A stretch of DNA of 64,000 nt from an uncultured delta proteobacterium. Lineage in GTDB: Bacteria > Desulfobacterota > Binatia > Binatales > Binataceae. The notes beneath the pieces are model-generated. The model ran no database searches. It saw nothing but the letters and a program-made list of their open reading frames with translations, and had not been told where the DNA came from. This document shows positions 30,505 to 42,010 of the stretch, piece after piece (the first letter of the stretch is position 1; each line of letters opens with the position of its first letter). The stretch is taken from positions 224,001 to 288,000 of the forward strand of contig CAVRVY010000003.1 of assembly GCA_963724765.1 (NCBI GenBank), written 5' to 3'. The position numbers and the translations under genes are program-made.

Positions 30505-31850
30505 GGAGTCTCCTGCGGCAGCGACGATGCGGCGAACTCGGCGCTCGCGCACGCGGCGGCAAACTCGTCGATCGCGCCAAGTGCGCGCGCCGCCATATCG
30601 ATCTTCTTTTGCCGGCCGCGCGAGCGCGTTCCAAGCTCCGGCATCAAGCCGTAGTTCGCATTCATCGGCTGGAAATCCCGCCGGCCCTGGTCGGTGATAT
30701 AGGCGACCAGCGAACCGAGCGCGGTTACCGGCGGCGGCACTGCCAGCGGACGGCCGCTCAGCAGGTTGAACGCGTTGAGCGCCGCGAGCAGACCGGCGGC
30801 CGCCGATTCGACATAGCCCTCAACGCCGATCATCTGGCCCGCCACGAACAGGTCGTCGCGTCCGATCAATTGAAGCGTGGGACGAAGCAGCCGCGGCGAA
30901 TCGATAAAGGTGTTGCGATGGAGCGAGCCCAGCCGCACGAACTCGGCGCGAGCAAGCCCTGGAATCATCCGCAACACGCGGCGCTGCTCGGGATAAGTCG
31001 TCTTGGTCTGAAAGCCGACCATGTTGTACAGGCGCGCCGCGCGATCGTCCTGACGCAACTGCACCACCGCGAACGGACGATGGGCGCCGCGCGGATCGTC
31101 AAGCCCCACCGGACGCATCGGACCGAAGGCGAGCGTCTGCGGTCCGCGCCGCGCCATCTCCTCGATCGGCATGCAACCCTCGAAATACACGGGACGCTCG
31201 AAAGGATGGGCCGCGACCTTGTCGGCCGCGAGCAACGCAGCAATGAACGCGTTGTACTCGGCCTCGTTCATCGGGCAGTTGATATAATCGTCGCCGCCGC
31301 GGCCCCATCGCGAGGCGCGGAAGGCAATTTCCATGTCGATCGATTCGGCGCTGACGATGGGCGCGATCGCGTCGTAAAAATAGAGATGGCGCGCGCCGAT
31401 CAGGCGGTTCAGATCGGCTTCCAGGGCCGGGCTGGTAAGCGGACCGCTGGCGAGGATGGTTACTCCGCCGGGAATCGCGGTAACTTCTTCACGCACGACC
31501 TCGACCATCGGATGGGCGGTGAGCGCTTCGGTAAGCGAGCGCGCGAATTCGTCGCGGTCCACCGCGAGCGCCGAGCCGGCCGGAACGCGAGTGCGATCGG
31601 CAGCGGCGATGACCAGGGAGCTGAGCCGGCGCATCTCTTCCTTGAGTACGCCGACCGCGGCGTCCATCGAATCGCTGCGCAGCGAGTTCGAGCACACCAG
31701 TTCGCCGAACAGCGCGGTCTGATGCGCCTCGGTCATGCGCGTCGGGCGCATCTCGAACAGCCGCACGGGCACGCCACGGCGCGCGAGTTGCCACGCGGCC
31801 TCGCTGCCCGCCAGCCCTGCACCGATTACGTTGACGGTTGGAGAACTCAC
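30501..31850 (-). CDS. trmFO: Methylenetetrahydrofolate-tRNA-(uracil-5)-methyltransferase
   Basis: VIGAGLAGSEAAWQ, ELVCSNS, FYDAIAP, YFEGCMPIE, HRNTF, GVEGYVES, FQPMNANYG. Confidence 0.95.
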   Translation of the reverse strand: MSSPTVNVIGAGLAGSEAAWQLARRGVPVRLFEMRPTRMTEAHQTALFGELVCSNSLRSDSMDAAVGVLKEEMRRLSSLVIAAADRTRVPAGSALAVDRDEFARSLTEALTAHPMVEVVREEVTAIPGGVTILASGPLTSPALEADLNRLIGARHLYFYDAIAPIVSAESIDMEIAFRASRWGRGGDDYINCPMNEAEYNAFIAALLAADKVAAHPFERPVYFEGCMPIEEMARRGPQTLAFGPMRPVGLDDPRGAHRPFAVVQLRQDDRAARLYNMVGFQTKTTYPEQRRVLRMIPGLARAEFVRLGSLHRNTFIDSPRLLRPTLQLIGRDDLFVAGQMIGVEGYVESAAAGLLAALNAFNLLSGRPLAVPPPVTALGSLVAYITDQGRRDFQPMNANYGLMPELGTRSRGRQKKIDMAARALGAIDEFAAACASAEFAASSLPQETP

Positions 31851-32044
31851 CGGAAGTGCCGTACGAAGGCTAGCTTGCCCGCGCAAGCCAGGGCAAGCTC
31901 AACCGCAATCAGCAAAGGATGAGACCGAGGAAGCGACGCATAGGAAAGGCATCAGCGCTTCCTCGCTCGACCCCCACCTCAATCCTCTCCCAAGACGACC
32001 GGGGGAGTAGGCCAGAAGGGCCTAGAGATTGTTTGTGATATCGC

Positions 32045-34384
<2,340 letters not shown>

Positions 34385-34441
34385 CCTGCCTCCAGCCTCG
34401 AAAATCAGCCCCAGGGCCGCCCGGCAGCCAAAGGGCCGGGC

Positions 34442-35668
34442 CTAGGGTAGTGTGAAGAGCTTGCCGGGATGCTGCACGACCAATCCCCTCAACTCAAGCT
34501 CCAACAATAAGTTAAGCACAGTTTGCGGCGGAAGGTGGCATGTTTCAATCACTGCGTCAACGTGGAGCTTTTGAGCATCCGTTAAGCAATCTAAGATTGT
34601 TTGGATATCTTTAGTCGTCTCTTCGACCAAATTCGCCGACCCGCCAGCAGTAATCGCCACTGACGATTGGCCGCGGCTGTCTCGGCGTCCGGCGACCATG
34701 GACGCCGCCTGAGATGCCGGCGGCGCCGCGCGCTCCGTCGGCGTTGGCTCCATTGGCGTTGATTCCTTCGGCGTTGACGCTTTGCCGACCATCTGTGGCG
34801 CGAGGTCTTCGAGCACATCCTCGACACATTCCACCAGCACGGCGCCTTCGCGAAGCAGGCGATTGCTGCCCCGGGTCTTGCCGCTCAGCGGGCTGCCGGG
34901 AACGGCGAAAACCTGGCGATCCTGCTCGAGCGCCATTCGAGCGGTTATCAGCGAGCCGCTCTTCTCCGCCGCCTCGACGATCACGACGCCCAGCGAGAGG
35001 CCGGACAGGATGCGGTTGCGGCTGGGAAAATTCTCGGGCAGCGGCGCGGTGCCCAGCGGCAGTTCGCTCAGGATGGCGCCGCGGCCCTCGACGATCGCGG
35101 CGGCGAGCGCGCGATGCTCCGGCGGGTACGCGACATCGATACCGCATCCCAGCACCGCGACGGTGCGGCCGCCGGCTTCGAGCGCGCCGCGATGCGCCGC
35201 GCCATCGATTCCGCGGGCAAGCCCGCTGACCACGACGAAGCCACGCGCGGCGAGTTCAAAGCCCAGCCGCTGAGCCATCCGCAAGCCGGCCTCGCTGGCC
35301 GCGCGCGCGCCGACCACCGCTACGCAGGCAGTGTAGTTGGGTTCGAGCACACCGCGCGCGATAAGGTAGGGAGGCGGGTCGGAAATCTGCTTCAGGTTGG
35401 GCGGGTACTCGTCGTCGGTCCATCGCACCAGGCGCGCATCGAGCCGCGGCAATTCGCACAGTTCCTTCTCCAGCGGCGCGAAGTCGTTGAAGCCGGAGAT
35501 AGCGCGGGCGACATTACGGCCGACGCCGGCCGCGGTGATCTCTTGTTCAGTGGCTTTGAAAATCGGCTCGGCGGAGCCGAACCGCTCGAGTAACAACCGG
35601 CAGGTGCGCGGACCGGCGCCGTGGACACGTCGCAGCGCAAGCCAATAAGCGTCGGCAGTCGCGGACAT
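34442..35668 (-). CDS. dprA: DNA processing protein DprA
   Basis: VAVVGAR, VVSGLARGIDGAAH, FPSRNRILSGL, VEAAEKSGSLITA, C-terminal winged helix; dprA-topA-trmFO synteny. Confidence 0.93.
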   Translation of the reverse strand: MSATADAYWLALRRVHGAGPRTCRLLLERFGSAEPIFKATEQEITAAGVGRNVARAISGFNDFAPLEKELCELPRLDARLVRWTDDEYPPNLKQISDPPPYLIARGVLEPNYTACVAVVGARAASEAGLRMAQRLGFELAARGFVVVSGLARGIDGAAHRGALEAGGRTVAVLGCGIDVAYPPEHRALAAAIVEGRGAILSELPLGTAPLPENFPSRNRILSGLSLGVVIVEAAEKSGSLITARMALEQDRQVFAVPGSPLSGKTRGSNRLLREGAVLVECVEDVLEDLAPQMVGKASTPKESTPMEPTPTERAAPPASQAASMVAGRRDSRGQSSVAITAGGSANLVEETTKDIQTILDCLTDAQKLHVDAVIETCHLPPQTVLNLLLELELRGLVVQHPGKLFTLP

Positions 35669-35959
35669 AGGGCCCCAGTGCGGCGGTGGCGTCGTGATGC
35701 AAAACGGAAGTTCTGCGAAACGCGTGGGCCGCGATGAGCGTATTTCTACCTCAAGCGGTAATTTTGGGCCAATAGGACGCGGCAGACGGCGCGGGGCTCC
35801 AGCTTGACCGGGCCCGCTCAATGAAATACTTAAGAACGAACCGCTTTGTTTGCCGCCCGCAGTGCTGTCTGTCTGTTATAAGATGATGAATAATTGTCGC
35901 TCCCGCGGCGGATGCGCAGGCGGAGAAGCAAAGGGCGTGGGCGGAGGAGCAAAAACGTA

Positions 35960-36538
35960 ATGGATGCAAGCCAGGTGACGGAAACGGGCCGGATGTCGGC
36001 GGCTGACAAGCAGATTCTTATCTTCAGCGTCTATCGCGACGCCGAATTGCGTGGAGCGCGCCTGCTGTTCAACCTGATCGGTCATATGAAGGATGGCGAC
36101 TCGCAGCTCAAGATGGCCAAGCACCTGGCCGACGAAACCCGCCACGCCTGGTTGTGGACCCGGCGTATCGCCGACCTCGGCGGCACGCCCCTCATGCTGG
36201 CGGACGGCTATCAGCGCCGGCTCGGGCTGCGGCTTGGCGTACCCAAGACCGTGGTCGAACTGCTGGCGCTGACCGTGGTCGTCGAGGAGCGTGCGCAGAG
36301 CCGCTACATGGCGCACGCCGCGCTGCCCAACGTCGACGACGAGACCCGCGAAGTGCTCAAGGCCGTCACCGAGGACGAGACCTGGCACCTGTCGTGGATC
36401 GAAAAGAAGATGCGCGAGATCGCCAAGGAAGAGGGCTCCGAAGCCAAGGCCGAGGAGGCGCTCGACCGCTACCGCTCGATCGAGCGCGAGGTTTACGCGA
36501 CACTCGCCGCCGACGAAGTGGAGTTGATGCGCACCTGA
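35960..36538 (+). CDS. Ferritin-like diiron domain protein
   Basis: GGAGGAG RBS; E (DAE), DETRH, EE, DETWH ligand pattern. Confidence 0.75.
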   Translation: MDASQVTETGRMSAADKQILIFSVYRDAELRGARLLFNLIGHMKDGDSQLKMAKHLADETRHAWLWTRRIADLGGTPLMLADGYQRRLGLRLGVPKTVVELLALTVVVEERAQSRYMAHAALPNVDDETREVLKAVTEDETWHLSWIEKKMREIAKEEGSEAKAEEALDRYRSIEREVYATLAADEVELMRT

Positions 36539-36621
36539 GCCGGCGCGTCGCCCTGCGCGACACGGTTATCCGTATTTTTCGCTGCCCGATTTCCCGCTGA
36601 AATACCGGAGAGCCACGTAGG

Positions 36622-37488
36622 CTAAACGCCGCGCGCATTCAGGGCGGCGTTGAGTTCCACCCTCATCGACTCGGCCGCCTCGGCCGCCGCCTGTGCGGGC
36701 GCGAAACCGGGCCGCTTGAGATAAGCGTACATCAGGCTCCGGCTCGCATTGACCAACACTCCGGCGCCATCGGCGCGCGCCGCTCGCACCGCGTCGGCCG
36801 CGCTCGCGCCCTGCGCGCCATAACCCGGGACCAGAATCGTCGCATGCGGCATCAACTCGCGCGCGCGAGCGGCATGCTGCGGATAGGTCGCACCGACCAC
36901 CGCGCCCACCGGGCTCAGCCCGCTTGGACCGACGAAATCGCCGCCCCACCCTTCGACCCGCCGCGCCACCCACTCCCAAACCGGCGCGCCATCGGCAGCC
37001 CGGTCCTGGAACTCGCCCGAGGACGGATTGGAAGTCTTGACCAGCACGAACAAGCCGCGGCCGTCGCGCACGCGGGTTACGAATGGCGCGATCGCATCGC
37101 TTCCCAAGTAAGGATTCACCGTCACGGCGTCACATCCGAAATCACCGTCACCAAGGAAGGCCTCGGCATAGGCGGCCGAAGTCGATCCAATATCGCCGCG
37201 CTTGGCGTCGGCGACCGTCAGCAATCCCAGTCGGCGCGCGAGTCCGATCATCTCGACCAGCGCGCGCATCCCGTCCATCCCGCGCGCCTCGAAGAATGCG
37301 AGTTGCGGCTTGATGGCGCAGACCGCGCCGGCGCATGCTTCGACGATCGCGCAGCAAAAACGGGAGAGCGTATAGCCGTCAGGCAGGCCGGGCGTGCCGC
37401 ACGCGTCGAGTTGCGGATCGACGCCGAGCATGGCGACGCTTCGCTTGCGCCGTTGGGCTTCGAGCAGCCGCTCGGAGAAATAATCCAT
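36622..37488 (-). CDS. pyrF: Orotidine-5'-phosphate decarboxylase
   Basis: GVDP, IKPQLAFFE, DAKRGDIGST, TVNPYLG, KTSNP, VVGAT, LVPGYGAQG. Confidence 0.95.
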   Translation of the reverse strand: MDYFSERLLEAQRRKRSVAMLGVDPQLDACGTPGLPDGYTLSRFCCAIVEACAGAVCAIKPQLAFFEARGMDGMRALVEMIGLARRLGLLTVADAKRGDIGSTSAAYAEAFLGDGDFGCDAVTVNPYLGSDAIAPFVTRVRDGRGLFVLVKTSNPSSGEFQDRAADGAPVWEWVARRVEGWGGDFVGPSGLSPVGAVVGATYPQHAARARELMPHATILVPGYGAQGASAADAVRAARADGAGVLVNASRSLMYAYLKRPGFAPAQAAAEAAESMRVELNAALNARGV

Positions 37489-37604
37489 CGCGGCCTCATC
37501 ATTTCACAAGCGATTTGCCCGCCACAACGCATCGCGCGCGCCTTCATGCCGCTTGGAGAGCGGCGCGGTTTCGCGATAGCGTGCGGCCACGGCAGGGAGT
37601 GCGT

Positions 37605-38474
37605 ATGGAACTCGGAAAATTCGGCGTCTTTTCCTACCTCGACACGCTCAGTGCCGGCGAAGTCGCCGGCTTCGCCCGCAAGCTGGAACATCTGGGCTAC
37701 AGCGCGTTGTGGTTTCCGGAGACCTTTGGTCGCGACCCCTTCGTGTGCGCGGCGTACGTGCTCGGCAACACGCAGCGGCTAATCGCAGGCGCGGCGGTGG
37801 CGGTGGTATGGAAACGCGAGGCGGCGGCGATGGCGGGGGCGGCGCGCACGCTGGGCGAGATGTTCCCCGAGCGGTTTATCCTCGGGATGGGCGTAAGCGG
37901 CGGCCCGTTCATGAAACGCCACGGGCTCAACTACCAGAAACCGTTCAGCTATATGCGCGAGTACCTCATCCGGATGCGCGAAGCGCCGTACTACGGTCCG
38001 CGCCCCGCTGCCGAGCCGCCGATGATCCTCGCGGCGCTTAGGCCGCGGATGCTCGAGTTGGCGATGGGCGAGACGATGGGCACGATCACGGCGCTGATGC
38101 CGCCCGAGGCGATTGCCACGATGCGCGCGACGATCGGCCAGGGCAAATGGATCTGCGCGCAGCAGGTGGTGATGCTCGAGACCGACGCGGCGCGGGCGCG
38201 CGCCGCCGCACGCAAGTTCCTGCACTTCTACCTGGGCTCGCCAACCTACCATACGCATCTGCTCGCGCTCGGCTTTACCGACGCCGACCTGGGCGGCGAC
38301 GGCAGCGACCGGCTGGTCGACACGCTGGTGGCGTGGGGCGACGAGCGGCGGCTGCGGCTATGCCTCGACGCTCATCTTGATGCCGGCGCGAATCATGTCG
38401 TGATCTCCGCGCTCAGCTCCTCCGGCGGCCATCGCCCCGACGAGCGCGCGCTGGAGGCGATGGCGCCGCAATAG
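37605..38474 (+). CDS. LLM-class (probably F420-dependent) oxidoreductase
   Basis: LEHLGYSALWFPE..GRDPF, RFILGMGVS, LAALRPRMLELA, SDRLVDTLVAWG, HLDAGANHV. Confidence 0.8.
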   Translation: MELGKFGVFSYLDTLSAGEVAGFARKLEHLGYSALWFPETFGRDPFVCAAYVLGNTQRLIAGAAVAVVWKREAAAMAGAARTLGEMFPERFILGMGVSGGPFMKRHGLNYQKPFSYMREYLIRMREAPYYGPRPAAEPPMILAALRPRMLELAMGETMGTITALMPPEAIATMRATIGQGKWICAQQVVMLETDAARARAAARKFLHFYLGSPTYHTHLLALGFTDADLGGDGSDRLVDTLVAWGDERRLRLCLDAHLDAGANHVVISALSSSGGHRPDERALEAMAPQ

Positions 38475-39155
38475 TCAGCTCCGGGGTTTTTTGCGCGCCG
38501 CGCGGGCGCGCCTGGGCGAGGTATCAACGGGCAGCACGACGTCGCCGCTTCGCCACAGATACCAGGATGCGGCCGACCGATAGGGACGCCACCGCTCGGC
38601 CAACGCGCGCAGGCGCTTCGCGTCGGGCATCTTGCGCATCCGGTACAACCGCCGCACCGCGTTGCGAACTCCCAGATCGTCGACCGGCAACACGTCGGGC
38701 CGCCCGAGATTGAACATCAGGAACATCTCCGCGGTCCATCGTCCCACGCCATGCACGCGCGTCAGATCGACGATGATCTCCTCGTCGTCCATCTTGGAGA
38801 AGCGATGGAAGTTGAGCGTGCCATTGTCGACATGCGCGGCGAGGTCCTTGAGATAGAGGCTCTTCTGGCGCGAGAGCCCGGCGCGGCGAAGGTCTTCCGG
38901 CGACGCGTCGAGCACCTGGCGCGCAGTCGGAAAGCGCCGGCCGGGAAAGAGCGCGACGAAGCGGGTGTAGATGGTATGGGCGGCCGCGCCAGCAAGCTGC
39001 TGAAAGATGATCGCGCGGCTGAGCGCCTGGAAACGCTCGCGCCGCAATGCGAATTCGATCGGCCCTACCGCGTCGATCACCCGCGCCAGGACCGGATCGG
39101 CGTCGCGCAGATGCGCCATCGCCTCGCGCGCGTAGGAAACTCCGTTGCTCGCCAT
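38475..39155 (-). CDS. alkA: DNA-3-methyladenine glycosylase II (AlkA/HhH-GPD family)
   Basis: AIIFQQL, AGLSRQK, GVGRWTAEMFLMF, PDVLPVDDLG, WRPYRS.A.WYLW. Confidence 0.85.
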   Translation of the reverse strand: MASNGVSYAREAMAHLRDADPVLARVIDAVGPIEFALRRERFQALSRAIIFQQLAGAAAHTIYTRFVALFPGRRFPTARQVLDASPEDLRRAGLSRQKSLYLKDLAAHVDNGTLNFHRFSKMDDEEIIVDLTRVHGVGRWTAEMFLMFNLGRPDVLPVDDLGVRNAVRRLYRMRKMPDAKRLRALAERWRPYRSAASWYLWRSGDVVLPVDTSPRRARAARKKPRS

Positions 39156-39407
39156 CGCGCGCGGATTATAGCCGATTCGGCAGACGACGTGTCATCGGCA
39201 CATTTTCGGCCCACATTCGGCCCGGCGGCCGCAGACTGTCGCTTCCGTCACGTTCCGGGACAGTTCCCGAGAAATTCCCGAGACGTCCAACGCCTGGAGC
39301 GCTTGCAAGTTGCACTCACTCGAAGATAATGAACCGGAAATCGCAAGCTGGAGCATGCAATTTCCTGATACCACGCCACCATCGATTCCGAGAGAGGTTT
39401 AGCTGCT

Positions 39408-40628
39408 ATGAAGACAGTGATGGCCAACAGGCGCTGGATAAAAGAGCATCCCGAGCTTGGCACCGGGCCGGTGCCCACCGAGACTTGCACCTCGCCGGAA
39501 CTCTTCGAGCTCGAGCGCGACCGCATCTTCCGTAGGACCTGGCTCAACATGGGCCGCGAGGAAGACCTTCCGGAGCCTGGCAACTACGTGGTCCGGGACC
39601 TCGCGATTGCCAACGCCTCGGTCCTGCTGGTTCGCGGCAAGGACCGAAAAATCAGGGCGTTCCATAACGTCTGCGTGCATCGCGGCAATCGGCTGGTCAA
39701 CAACGAGAAGGGACTTTGCAAGGGCCGCTTCGTTTGCCGCTTTCACAATTGGGCTTTCGACACGATGGGCCAGCTCACGTGGGTGTCCGACGAGGCCAAC
39801 TTTTACGACATCGACAAGCGCGCCCTTGGCCTGAAACCGATCGCGGCGGATCTATGGGAAGGCTTCATTTTCATCAACTTGAGTCCCAATCCCTCCGAGA
39901 CCCTCGCCCAGTATATGGCGGGCATGGTTCAGCAGATTCATGGGTATCCTTTTGATCAACAGCGGCTGATGTGCCGCTACAGAGTCGAGGAAAGGGCGAA
40001 CTGGAAGGTAATGCTGGACGCGCAAAATGAGGTTTACCATCTCCCGTTCCTGCATATTACCTATCCCGATTTCTGTCCGCTGAATGAGCAGAAGTTCAGC
40101 CGTATTCAGAATTTCACGCGCTTCGGCCGCCATACCGTTTACTCAGTCGAATTGAACCCCGATCATAAAATGACGCCGGTTGAAGCAATAGCCGTAAGCG
40201 TGAATCCGCGTGGAGGACAGGTCCATCCGTCGATGATCGGATGGTTTGATTTCTACACCGTATTTCCGAATTTCTGCATGTTGTTCCTGGCGGGGACTTA
40301 CGTTACCTACAACATCTGGCCCCTCGCGGTCGATCGCAGTATCTGGGAAGTCAGCATATATCAACCGACGACCGATAAGCCGAGCGAGAGATTCGCGCAG
40401 GAGTACAACCGTTGCCGTTTTCGCGATCTCCTGCAGGAAGACGCGAGCAATCACGAAGCCATCCAGGCCAGCCTCAATTCGGGAGCGCTGAGTCATTTCC
40501 AGCTACAGGACGAGGAAATCCAAATCAGGCATTTCCACAAGGAAGTATGCAGACACATCTTTGGTGAAGAGAATGGCGCGGCAGCCATCGCAAATAACCG
40601 CGAGGCGGCTGAACTCAGATTAAAATGA
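39408..40628 (+). CDS. Rieske non-heme iron oxygenase alpha subunit
   Basis: Rieske CVH...CRFH; mononuclear Fe NWK...EVYHLPFLH and QED. Confidence 0.9.
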   Translation: MKTVMANRRWIKEHPELGTGPVPTETCTSPELFELERDRIFRRTWLNMGREEDLPEPGNYVVRDLAIANASVLLVRGKDRKIRAFHNVCVHRGNRLVNNEKGLCKGRFVCRFHNWAFDTMGQLTWVSDEANFYDIDKRALGLKPIAADLWEGFIFINLSPNPSETLAQYMAGMVQQIHGYPFDQQRLMCRYRVEERANWKVMLDAQNEVYHLPFLHITYPDFCPLNEQKFSRIQNFTRFGRHTVYSVELNPDHKMTPVEAIAVSVNPRGGQVHPSMIGWFDFYTVFPNFCMLFLAGTYVTYNIWPLAVDRSIWEVSIYQPTTDKPSERFAQEYNRCRFRDLLQEDASNHEAIQASLNSGALSHFQLQDEEIQIRHFHKEVCRHIFGEENGAAAIANNREAAELRLK

Positions 40629-40957
40629 ATACTCTATTGCCAAACGGTTTTTCGGATCTCGAACAATTTGCCGAGTGGGCGCTGCCGACAAGCACTGAGC
40701 GGAACAGGAAGCGTCTCGGAAGCTCGATGGACGAGATCAACGCGCTCTACAATGCGATGCTGCCGAGGCTCGAAGAGGTACTCGCATATCTTGACCGTTT
40801 TTCGTTACAGGAGATGCCGCAGGATGCGCAAAGGCTCCTCTACCTCTCTCTGTCCTTGGCCGAAATCTCAATCGCAGTGGAACTATTTCACGAGCCCAAA
40901 GTCACCGGAGGCTGCGATCCGGAACGGTTTGTGGTGGTGCGCGAACCTAATCCGTGA
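40625..40957 (+). CDS. Conserved small helical protein coupled to the Rieske oxygenase
   Basis: ATGA overlap; LP..FSDLE.F.EWAL...ER..KR...SMDE...LY.AM.PR pattern. Confidence 0.7.
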   Translation: MNTLLPNGFSDLEQFAEWALPTSTERNRKRLGSSMDEINALYNAMLPRLEEVLAYLDRFSLQEMPQDAQRLLYLSLSLAEISIAVELFHEPKVTGGCDPERFVVVREPNP

Positions 40958-41739
40958 AACCCGTATATCGCGGTAAAGGCGACGTGAACCTCGCAGACAA
41001 AGTAGCCCTGGTGACCGGCGCAGGATCCGGTATCGGCCGATCGGTTGCCCTGAGGCTCGCTGCCGCGGGCGCTCAGGTGATCGTCGCGGATTTCAATGAG
41101 GATGCCTGCGCCCGGACCTGCGCCGAGCTGAAAAAGTCGGGAGCCGAAGCGGCTTGGCTACGGACGGACGTCTCCAGAACTGACGAAGTCCAGCAGCTTA
41201 TCGCCTTCACCATCCGGACCTTCGGGAGGCTCGACTGCGCGGTCAACAACGCCGGGGTCCAGGGCGAGCTGGCTTCCACGGCCGAGTGCAGCGAGGAAAA
41301 CTGGGACCGCATCGTCGACACCAATCTCAAAGGCGTCTTTCTGTGCATGAAGTACGAATTGCGAGAGATGCTCCGACGCGGCAGCGGCGCAATCGTGAAC
41401 ATCGCTTCGAACTTCGGATTGGTGGGTTCTCCGCAGATGCCCGCTTACTCCGCGAGCAAACACGGCGTGGTGGGCCTTACCAAAACCGCGGCGATCGAGG
41501 TTGCGGCGCGCGGAATTCGCGTGAACGCGGTATGCCCCGGACCGACCTTAACGCCGCTCGTGGAATCGGTGGTAAAATACACGCCCGGAATCATCGACGC
41601 GATCAATAGCCGCCTACCGATCGGCCGGATGGCCCGTCCCGAAGAGATTGCACAAACGGTCGCGTGGCTGTGCTCGGACGAGGCGGCGTTTGTAGTCGGC
41701 GGAATTTTTCCGGTTGACGGCGGCTACGTCGCTCAGTAG
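40954..41739 (+). CDS. SDR family oxidoreductase
   Basis: VTGAGSGIG, NNAG, S...YSASK, RVNAVCPG, VDGG; an alternative start at 40984 is possible. Confidence 0.92.
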   Translation: MKPVYRGKGDVNLADKVALVTGAGSGIGRSVALRLAAAGAQVIVADFNEDACARTCAELKKSGAEAAWLRTDVSRTDEVQQLIAFTIRTFGRLDCAVNNAGVQGELASTAECSEENWDRIVDTNLKGVFLCMKYELREMLRRGSGAIVNIASNFGLVGSPQMPAYSASKHGVVGLTKTAAIEVAARGIRVNAVCPGPTLTPLVESVVKYTPGIIDAINSRLPIGRMARPEEIAQTVAWLCSDEAAFVVGGIFPVDGGYVAQ

Positions 41740-41783
41740 AAAAAGCGCGACATTCATCAGCGGCGCGAAACTACACTAGCAAG

Positions 41784-41960
41784 TCACCAGCCGCTCTCGC
41801 GTTCCTTGAGCAGCGGGTGAAGGACGCTGCCGCGCACCTTGATGGGCTTGTGATGCTTGAGCCACTCGCGTATGTCGCCCTTGACGCGACGAATGAGGCG
41901 GGCGTGTTCAAGTCGATCCAACCGAGCTTCATCTGCGGTCTTATTTTCCGGGCTTTCCAT
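41784..41960 (-). CDS. Small hypothetical protein (58 aa)
   Basis: MESPENK... fills the gap downstream of the ABC substrate-binding gene; plausible composition, no motif. Confidence 0.35.
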   Translation of the reverse strand: MESPENKTADEARLDRLEHARLIRRVKGDIREWLKHHKPIKVRGSVLHPLLKERESGW

Positions 41961-42010
41961 ATGAGCACTCGACCGAAAGCTGCTGCGTGAGAAATCCCGC
42001 GAAGCGGCGG

